Below, in pieces: positions 8,330 through 18,900 of a stretch of DNA of 24,020 nt. The translations under genes and the position numbers were made by a program. Positions within the stretch are counted from its first letter, which is position 1. Each line of letters starts with the position of its first letter. Source of the stretch: a virus (taxonomy: Duplodnaviria > Caudoviricetes); the IMG/VR virus record IMGVR_UViG_3300012919_000041, positions 1-24,020 of that record. One strand, written 5' to 3'. A model generated the notes under the pieces. That model ran no database searches. It was given only the letters and a program-made list of their open reading frames with translations, and was not told the origin of the DNA.

Positions 8330-9889
8330 TTAAAATTCCAGAATAATTTTTATATCCTCTTTTTGTCTAGAGTTTCTAGAGATCAGAGCTCTATTATCAA
8401 TGTACAATAAATCACCTGACCCTTTATTTATCTCAGCAGAGGCAAGACCACTTGTAAATGATACACCGAGTGCAACTCTGTTATTACTTGTGTCTGTTGC
8501 GATACCGAGATTAAATGATGTATCTATGGTCGCACTTCCTCCAGTAAATGATACGGGTTGAGTTGTTGCTTCAAAATCAAACTTACTGCCTGAATTTGTA
8601 ATATTTAAAGCATCAGTTTGATCATTTTTATTTCCAAAGTATAAAGATCTATCTTGGAAATACTTTAATATATTAGTATCTGCATCATATGATGCAATGT
8701 AACCAAATGCAGTTTGACCGGTTCCAACGGTTTGTTGGACTATTCCACCAATGGTCGGAGTGCCAGTTGGAGCAGTTCCAAATTTCAAGGCTTTTAATGA
8801 TGAAAAAGTGCTTCCTGTGTATATTGATGTTGTTCCAAAAGAAGTTGGATTCTTCACTAAAGAAATTTGTGCAAATTTAGCATCAATGGGAAAATCCTTT
8901 GTTGAATCATCAAATCTAGCATAAACAAGAACACGGTCAGCACCTAATTCTTTGTATAGATCAAATCCATGTCCTCTTGATGGTGGAATAATCGGAACTA
9001 ACTTTGCAGGAGTGTTTCCACTAACTGCACCAGTGTTGATAGATCCTAAATCTACAATTCCATAAGTGTATCCTTTACCACCACTTGAAACTGTAGTTTT
9101 AACTATCCTTTGACCAGAAACTTCAACCACCACCTTACCGCCTGTTCCATCACCTAAAATATCAAATTCACCACCTGTGCCAGTGTAATTATTTCCTTGA
9201 TCCGCAATATAAACTGTTTTAATTTGATTATTGTTTATATCAGAGTCACCATTCTCACGAACTGCTTGTATTTGTGCATCTGTGCTCGTTGGCCAATTAT
9301 TTGGTAGTGCGATAAAGTCAGTTGAGTCAAATTTAATTATATCACTTGGATTTACAGTAAATAAGTATTTCCATACATATCCATCTTGACTCTCTCCAGC
9401 CTTAGATGGTTCCAAATCAGTAAAAGTTGGTTCGTCTTCAGATGCATTACCAGTAGTGTTTATTCCTGATGATCCATTTTCAATGCAAATGTAAACGTTG
9501 AAATTACTATTCATTACATAGTAATTTGCTCCATATAAACGTGTTGCTCCAGTATTTGGTGCTTCGTTTGATGTACTGTAATCATGTCTATACATATCAT
9601 ACTTGACACCCTTAGTCCAATCTATTCTTCGTGCTAATCTTCTAACATTCGCTTCAGTAACTCTTTTTCCAAAAGTTGTAGTATCTCCGATATGTGCTAC
9701 CTCAGAAAAACTATCTTGAGGGTTCGGTGTTGCAGTGTTCCAATTATTTGCTCTACCAAAACCAACAGAGGCTGGAGCAGGATTAGGAAGACCTACAGCA
9801 ACATAAAAAGAATTGGATGTCGAAGAAACACCTGCAACAAAATTACTTGCATTTAATATTCTGAACTGATCTGTAACAATTGCTGGCAT
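8330..9889 (-). CDS. gp8: Baseplate wedge subunit gp8 (519 aa)
   Basis: gp8-type motifs RRIDWTKG..YDMYRHDY, YYVMNS.FNVY.C..N, EPT.......DGYVWKYLFT and the C-terminal G..LYIDNR..I.R...QKEDIKIILEF. Directly follows gp7. Confidence 0.92.
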   Translation of the reverse strand: MPAIVTDQFRILNASNFVAGVSSTSNSFYVAVGLPNPAPASVGFGRANNWNTATPNPQDSFSEVAHIGDTTTFGKRVTEANVRRLARRIDWTKGVKYDMYRHDYSTSNEAPNTGATRLYGANYYVMNSNFNVYICIENGSSGINTTGNASEDEPTFTDLEPSKAGESQDGYVWKYLFTVNPSDIIKFDSTDFIALPNNWPTSTDAQIQAVRENGDSDINNNQIKTVYIADQGNNYTGTGGEFDILGDGTGGKVVVEVSGQRIVKTTVSSGGKGYTYGIVDLGSINTGAVSGNTPAKLVPIIPPSRGHGFDLYKELGADRVLVYARFDDSTKDFPIDAKFAQISLVKNPTSFGTTSIYTGSTFSSLKALKFGTAPTGTPTIGGIVQQTVGTGQTAFGYIASYDADTNILKYFQDRSLYFGNKNDQTDALNITNSGSKFDFEATTQPVSFTGGSATIDTSFNLGIATDTSNNRVALGVSFTSGLASAEINKGSGDLLYIDNRALISRNSRQKEDIKIILEF

Positions 9890-9908
9890 TATTATATTGT
9901 TTTTTCTA

Positions 9909-9916
9909 TATTTATA
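9909..9916 (-). promoter_or_regulatory. T4-type late promoter upstream of gp8
   Basis: TATAAATA on the minus strand in the 37-nt gp7-gp8 gap, 19 nt before the gp8 ATG. The leader is A-rich with no obvious SD. Confidence 0.85.
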
Positions 9917-9926
9917 CAGGAAATGG

Positions 9927-12900
9927 TCATGGTGTGTGAGACCTCTTTAATGCACCACCATCACGGATACCAAAACCTCTTCTTTGAATGGTTGGGAAGG
10001 TAGAGATTCCAACTCCAGTGGTTATTCCAACAGTGTTTCCTGTCACCCCAATCGCAACAGGATTATCTCTGATAACATTACCAGAAGATGCTCCTTGTAA
10101 GTATCCGAATGAGAATTTACCTTTATGGAATTTATTGACTCTTATCGTTCCTTGCATCGCTGCATGTGATGTGCACTGATAGTGGAATGTAGTGTGTCCA
10201 ACTCCTGTAGTGTTGAATACTATAGTTCCGTTCTGTGCACCATTGTTTGTTACACCATCACTTACACCTAAAGCAGCACCACCGGGTGTTCTCGATATTC
10301 GGAATGGATGAGCATTCATACCATTCACAAAACTAACTGTATCACCATCTTCAACATATATTGTGGGATTTTGTGCAGAGGATAGTGTTCGACCTAAACT
10401 AAACTCACCTCTATCAGATCCAGTAAATGTATACGCAGAGGTTCCACTAGCACCGAGAGTAAGACTGAATGACCTTCCATAATTTGCATTGTCAATAGAA
10501 TTACCAATACCTACAGTTCCCACGTTTAAATTTGAATGGACAGCAACTTGAATTTCAGCGTTGTTTGAACTACTAGTAATAGATTTGACCATATAGACAT
10601 TATCTAAGAATGTTCTACCAATCGCTACAGGTTCACCATCGACACCACTATTGTTCAAACTAGTAACTCCATGTCCAACTGACGTTTCAGATATGTAAAG
10701 AGGGACTGTCGGAACTAAATCTGTAAATGCCTGACCAGCTGGTGCTTGCAGACCAAAATTAAGAAGCATAGTGCTACCGGACTTAGATGTTGAAATTCCG
10801 GTGACTATACCAGAAAATCCTTTGACAACTTCAATATCACTTATAAGTTCAGTAGGTGGTTCCTGTGCTGCAACGATCACGCGAGGAATAATTGATTGTG
10901 AATATCCTGCACCACCGCTATTAACAGTCACAGATGTGATAACTCCGTTTGTAATATTTGCAGTAGCAACTGCAGTAGAACCAATACCAGTTGCGATTGG
11001 TGATACTTTAACGGGGACAGGTGGTCTCGCAATGTGTACCGATGTAGTTGCCCCAACATATCCACTACCACCACTTACAACATCAATACCGGTTATTGCT
11101 CCACTGCTTGACACTATGGCTGTTAGTGCTGCAGATACCTGATTGGTATCATTAACAATGATTGCATCAAAATTTATAGAATTAACTTGAGAATCTTCAT
11201 CTTTTTCGTACTCAAAGAAATCAGCATCATCAACGTAAATTCTAGAGGTATTACCCAAACCAATATCACCGATAATTTTTGCAGTTGGATATACTAAAGG
11301 TTCAATTGATTCTCTTGATTTTGAAACAACGATTCCATTTACAACTTTATCTTCTTTTTGTTTAATCCATGTTATGGGTTTATTTGTTGCAGAGTCATTA
11401 ATACCAACACCAGTATAAATTTCAGTTTCAAAAGTATCTGTAGTTGTAATACCAGACACTGTTCTCTTTCTTTGTTGTAAATCTTGAATGAATCTAGTAT
11501 TAACATTAGTTAAAGAACTAGTGTCATCATTAGCCTGCAACTGAACTACATCTCCAGTTTTAATTGTAGCAACCGCATCAACAACTGAAATATCTTCTGA
11601 TGCAGTTCCTTTATAGAAGAAAACAGCGATATTGTCATTTGCTTCAGGAGCAGTAGTGAACTCAAAAGTTGTTCCACCATCAAATACATATGCCTCACCC
11701 GGTTCTTGTAAAATGTTGTTAATGTAGATAGCTAACAAATTATTCATATTAATTAATTGTGAATCTGCACCCTCTCCAATATCAAAACTTAATAATTCAC
11801 CATTTACTCTGAGTGGGAATCTTGTTCTTACACCATCTTGTAAATTTGTTATAGGATCAATGTAATCAAACTCACCAAATTCCCATGATGAGAATTTATC
11901 ATTGTAAATTTCAGTTACCTCTAAGATAAAGTCCTCTAATACTGCCCCTCTTGCAGTGACCAATCCAACTGGTTTAAATTTATCTCCACGTTTGAAAGAG
12001 TGTCCTTCTCTTGCAATCTCAAATGAATTTACTGTAAATAAAGTAGATCCAATACCGACAGTAGAACTTGCGCCAACATTTAACGTGACCAAGAGATTAG
12101 ATCCTGTTGTGGTTCCTGATACACCATTTCTAGAAACACCAACGACTTCCATGTTGTCATAAGATGGTTGTGGAAATTCAAACTTAGGATTGACATAGTT
12201 TTCACCACCATCAGCTATGTTTATATCTAATGTTCCACCAGCACCAACCTGTGCGTTTACACTAGCATCTTTACCTGCTCCTCCACCAAATCCAATAAAG
12301 ATCGTGATTGTATCTGTTGTCTTTGCTGTAATGTCAGTTGCAATTCCTGCTATTGGATCGGGTAAACCTGTTGTTTTAGAAATAGCACGAGGATAAGCAT
12401 GATTTGACTGGAAATTATCTCTAGAACATGAAAATACGATACCACCAGTATCAATACCAACAAAATTACCAACACTTAAACCATGAGAAGGAATTGTAAG
12501 AGTTAATAATCCTGTATGTGAAATATATGTTGCATCTGTTGCAGTTTTCTGGGGGGCAGTGAATATATTATTACCATTACTATTCGCTCTTATTGATCCA
12601 ACACCAGAACTTACAAACTTATGTACATACGCTAAATCAGTAACACCTATGGAAACTGTGCCTCCAACAGGTCTATATCCAGATCCAAATGATAGTGTTC
12701 CAGCTGGTCTTGAGGGAGATACTGATTGATTATAAACTGTTGATCCTATACCAACACCTGTTATAGTTCCTTCACTGTCTAATATTGCAGTTACTGCAGC
12801 ACCAACAAGTGGAGCAACTCCTAATCCTCCTGATGATCCAAGAGATACAATTTTTCCACCTCTTGGGAGTTGATTTTGATTAACGTCACCATCAACAATT

Positions 12901-15900
12901 ACATTAAGACCAGTGATTGCAGATGTTATTCCAGTAAATACAATATCTTGAGCTGAAACACCATCAGGAATAAATCTGTAATTGTTACTTAAATTATTTT
13001 CGGTGGTTGGTTTTTGAAAAATTCCATTGATAAGAACTAAAGAACTTCCTGTTGCAATTCCAGTAGCGTTTGAACCATTAGATCTCATTCTGAATGTCGC
13101 ACCAACACCCGTGAATTGTGTTGATAAATCATCAAAAATTCTATTAGTCGTATAAGTTTTTCTTAAGTAAGTTCTTCCTTGGAAGTCAGATCTTGGAAAG
13201 TCTAATCCAGATTTATTTTTTGAAAGATTATTAGTTCCTTTAGGAGCATCAGTAAAGAATACTTCTGATCCTATAATATTAAATGAACCTGAAAATACCC
13301 TTCCCACTACACCATTATTATGAGATGCAACCTCTGTTCCAAGCACTCCTCTCTCAACACCCAAAATATGATAAGTTCCAACTCCAGTAACAGGGCCGAT
13401 TGTAGTTGTTCCAAATCCAACTGAAGTTACCTTCATAAATTCATTACCAAACTTAATGCTATCCTCTAAGTTAATATCTGTTGTTGTATTAACACTAAAA
13501 TTAGTAGCAGTGGTGCCAATACCAGTGCCCACATTATGAGTTAAAGTCGCTGTAACAGGCGAGAATGCCATTGGTGATTGAATTATATTATCCACATTTA
13601 AAACGGTCTTCTCAAGTCGTTTTGCCATTGTTAAACGATGTGAATTACCTGCACCAACATTAGTAAATGTCACAGGAGATCCCCCACTAGATGTCCTCAA
13701 TTGGAACGTGCTATTTGTTAATTTTTTAACGAATACAGTGGTCGGTAGATTAGATCCACCTGACATTTGTAATGTTGTAGCACCTACACCAGCAAAAGTT
13801 GATTTTGGTGTGTAAACTAATTCTTCATTTTCTGAGAAGAAGTGGTTTGGTATGGTAAAGATACCAGTGCTACGATTTAATTTTGTAGTATCTTCGGGAT
13901 CAAACCCTTTCTCATAAATTGGCACTCCACCATTTTTAAGTACAAAATTCTTACGATTTGATCTTGCACCATTTACAGCATTAAACTGGAAAACACTAAG
14001 AGATTCTTTAATTCTTCCATAATCAAAATCAGGTGCATCATTTAGTAAATCTAAATCTTTATAAATCGCTTCTGTATAATGTTGTATATGATGTTTTCCA
14101 GTACCAGAATCTGGAACAAATTTAAGAACAAATCCGTTTGTAGAATTTAAAGTTCCTCTAAATGTACCAATACCTGAAGTGGTTCCCACAGAGACAAATG
14201 GATAATGTATCGTATGTACATCAGTTCCATCATGCACAGCTAGAACTTGATGTATGGCGTGTGTAGAACTTCCACCAACAGTGGTTCCAATACCAACTTT
14301 GACAATACTCTTGATCGCACTAAATCTATTTGAGTCAATACCAATGACGTTTGTGCTCGCAGAAGTTTGAATTGATGTAATTCCTGTCTGCAAAATCAAA
14401 GATGATTCACTTCCATCAGGTTGTGCATTATCTTTAAATCTATGAGTTCCTGTGATACCAATAGTTCCAAATCCAACAACTTTTGCTCTCACTTGTATAT
14501 TTGTTACTCCAGCCCCAACTGATGATGAATTGTCAAAATCTATTGTTAAAATATTATTGTGTATTCTTGATCTAAATGATCCAATAAAGTTTGATGAGAA
14601 ATTATTTTCAGATGATGTATCTGCATAATATTCACTGAAATATGAATTAGTTCCATCATGTGTAGCATAAACATCAACATGATTTTTTTCATTTGTTGAT
14701 AAGTCTGTTACATCAACTGTGGCATAAAAAGCGGATACTGTAGTTGTTGATCCTGATGCTATTGGTTCTGCAGTTGTTCCAACACTTACCACTGTAGATA
14801 ATCCAACTAAACTTACCGCACCAAGTGTTGTAGTGCCACTTCTTAGGTTTTCGGAATTGAATGAATTTTTGAAAACTTTTATATCAATATCATCATTATT
14901 TGGATCGATCGGTGAAATGTTAAGATTAGTGCTACCATCAATTGTAGAACCTTCTATGTCAACTATGGTTGTTCCAACTGAAACAACGCTATTCTTTTCA
15001 AAAGTAAATGTGTCATTATTATCTTTAAAAAGAACAACTTCATCGAGTTGAATAGCGTTATTTGCTATATTTCTTGATTGTATCAAAAATCTACCAAAAG
15101 TTTCTCCAAAAGGAACTGAAATCTTTCCTGTTAGATTAGCATCACTATCGGAAAATAAAGAACTAATATCATCAATTTTTAAAACTCTATTAGTATTGCA
15201 TTTAACAAATTTTGCTAGTTTAGTATTTTTTAATTGAACGAATTTTGATGATGTTGTCGTGAATCCTAAAATTGTATCAATATCTTTAGCTAAATCAAAG
15301 TTATTAATAGCATCAACCCTTTGATCTGTTATAATATCTGCAGAAACTATGGTAGCGTTAGATATGCCAATCCCAGCTTGTGTGGTTGATGTTATACCTG
15401 TATCAGCAAAGTTTTTAAGTCCACTTGTGTGAAGTAACCTATTTACAGGGTCTATAATTTCATCAAATGTTTGAGGACTTTGAATTGTATAGGCTAAGTT
15501 TTGATAGTAATTATTGTCGGCAAGAACCATGAAATCTTCACTCAATCTACCAATTTCATCTTTCCAACCTTTATTCTGTCTTAATGAATAATCTATTGTA
15601 AATCTACCTTTATTATTTTTAATATTATTAATAGTTGCAACTGTTCCAGAATTTTCTCCACGAATTATATCACCTAATTTAAACTCATATGATCCTTCAA
15701 TTTTTATAAACTCATCAGGACGATTATCTAATACTAATGATCCAGTAGCACTAAATGTTAGTGGATTGGAATTTATTTGAACTGCTAATTTTTCACCTGT
15801 TCTAAACTCTGAGGATTTTTGTGATGCCACGAATCTTGGATAATCGCTAAATTTTACAATAGATGCAAAATTTTGACTACCCGTATCAGCGACACCGGGG

Positions 15901-18900
15901 TTACTAGCAGATACTGGTAATTTAAATTCAACTTTTGCTGGATCAGTATTATTGTATGTTATTACTTCAAAAAACTGAAATCCATTATCTGGAGAATTAA
16001 AACCAGTACCGGCACTTCCCTTTGTAATATTCTCGACAAAAACTTTTTCTCCAACAACAAACTGTGGAGTTGCAAAACCATTAATTGGTGTTTTTAAAGT
16101 GCATGTTACAATACCGGAGTTACTACTTTCAACCTCAGTTACTCTATAACCATTAGTATTGTTTATAGTTCTTAGAATTTGTGTTTTGGAAGTTAACCCT
16201 CTAGGTGATTCTAATATTTTTATATTTGATATTGAATTTGCGGCTAATATTACCTGAATAACTCCTTGATCATTTGTTAATTTACCAGTATCAGGATCAA
16301 TAATAACGAGATCAGGTGCATCAATATAATTTGAACCTCCATTAACAACTTCAATATCTGTTATTGAATCTGAATTTATCAGTGTAACAGTTGGTGATAA
16401 TCTAGCTTCAGGACGTAGTGTCTTATCAGAATGATAATCAAATCCGGGATCAGTAATTCGTACATTATTAATATTATTGATTGTTGATGAGAGGCATAAA
16501 ATAGCAGCACCAGTTCCATTTTCGCTGGTAATACTTGATATACCGGGTAAATTTTTATATCCAAAACCTCCGGATGTTAAATTTATTTTACTTACACCAC
16601 CGGATGTATTCTTGGATGATGTATCATAAGTTATAGTTGAAGCTGCTCCTGATAGATACGATCCTTGTTCGGGGACTTGATTAAGTGAAATATTGAAACC
16701 ACCAGTAGTTGCCCCAAAAGCAGTGTAACTACCATTATATTCGCTATCTACATAAGAAATTTGTGAACCATTTTTAACATCGGGGTCTGATGTGCTTATA
16801 AATCCTGTTTTTTCTAATGTGTAAAATAATTTTTCAGGATTAGTACTATCAAATCTAAGTGTAACTGTAGATGTTGTGCCTGTGCCTGATATACCATTTC
16901 TTACTACTCCAAAGTTTGTTGTAGATCCTGTTGATACAAATTCATTTTTGAATTCTGAGTCAAAGTAAAAATTCAAATTATATCCATTTAAAGATGGATC
17001 TGAAACATAAAATAATAAATTATCATTTCTAACAATATTTAAAGGAGGGTTTACTAATGATAATTCTTGTGTGCCTCCACTGTTTGTTGTTATCCCAATT
17101 GTATTTGGAGGTTCATTTATCACATCATATCTTGTCTCAGCCAATCTAAAATGATCATCATCAATTCTGTAAACAAAATATGTTCTCTCTGATGTTAATC
17201 CAGTGGCAGGACTACCATTATAGAATAATTTTTGTCCAGTTTTAAATCCATGATTTATAATATTAATTTCATCTGAATTTACATTAGCATTTGAGAAGAT
17301 TGTTGGATTTAAGAGTAATTTGTCATTTTTTGAGTCATATTTTACAACAACTGATGTTGATCCTGCACCAACACCTTTAGTCTCATTTGAAACTAAATTT
17401 AATTCTATGATATCATTATTTTGAAGACCATGAAGTGTTGATCCAAATGAAATAGTTGATATACCTACAGTAGCAGTGATTCTTTCAACTTTACCTTTTA
17501 CTTGAGGATAGTTTGATTCAATAGAATATTCAAAATTATCAAAACTACCTGTCTTAAAGAACACTGGTTCATGATTTGCTGTTAGAGCAATACCAATAAG
17601 ATCATCAGAAAACTTTCTAACGTATACTGTTGTAGAGACACCAGACGATGGTAATGTAAAATCAGCACCTACTTGGAATCTATCACCAATACCAATAGTG
17701 AATGCAGTGTTAGGTGTTGTTGTTGGTCTTCTAAGTATTACTTCTTGATTATCTGAAAAAGGATGATTTGGTAAGAAGATGGATTTTGCTGGAATTGATA
17801 TAACTTGCGATAGTTCACCTGTGGTATATGATTTACCTATTGAAACAGATCTTCCAACTGTGACTGCAACTCCAACCGCTTCTGCAGGGTTAAAGTATAC
17901 AATATCATTCTTTTTCGATATAAAATCACCTATATCTGTTGTTCTTAACTTTAAAAATTGTGGTATAGTTTGAACTAATCCACCAAGTGTGTGGAATTTA
18001 CTTGTCTCAGCAGCACCTACAATCCCTCTCTTTACCCTTACAATACTTCTTTGTTTGAAAGTATTTAATACTAATAATTTTTCAGTTCCAATACCAATAC
18101 TGCTTCCTGCAGAGACTGTTGGTGGTATTGTTGCTAAGTATATGTCTGTAACTATACCAGCTGTATTTTGTTCTCCTAAACCTTTATATAATACTGTGCT
18201 TTCAGAAGTAACTCCAATTCGATGTGAATCTGTTAGTTTTGGAATACTTGTTGATAATCCTGATATGACGATCACATCATTTGTATTTAAATTATGAGTC
18301 GTAGAAATAAATCCAGAAATTGTTCCATTTCCTCCACGAACAAAAACAACATCTCTATATGTTGTAACACCAACTGTTACACCACTAACATCTTTACCCT
18401 CTATTCTTGATACTAAGGCACTTGCACCTCCACCGTCAGTTCCAGTATTGTCAAAATTCAAACTATCTCCAACTTTATAATTATCACCACTAGATACAAT
18501 ATTAAAATCATCAACATCACCGTTTGATACTGATTCAATAATTGAAGTTTGTTGTTTTATCTCATATGATTCTATTGCAAAATTATAATCTGCATTTTTA
18601 TCATCAAATTTATATGGTAGAGAATTTCTTGTTAAATTTGATGAATTAAAATCAAAATTGTTTTGATTTATAGTAAAATTATCAGCGATTGGATCTGATC
18701 TGTAAGTATCTCCGATAAAGTAAGGAAAAACTGGTGTTTGATTGATAGGTGATACACTTGCAAAATATGCATATACTCCATCTGGAAAATCAGGTGTTTT
18801 ACAAAATCTACCATTATTTTCATCTAAATCACCACTATTATCATATACATAATCTTCTACAAAAAATCCTGCAGGAAAAACAGTTGTTGATGGTCTATTA

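Noticed and set aside
10137-10472. Calling the cupredoxin-like segment a petE plastocyanin auxiliary gene
   Set aside because: It is in-frame inside gp7 with no own start or signal peptide, and the ligand loop is C-x2-H-x2-M rather than the C-x2-H-x4-M of plastocyanin.
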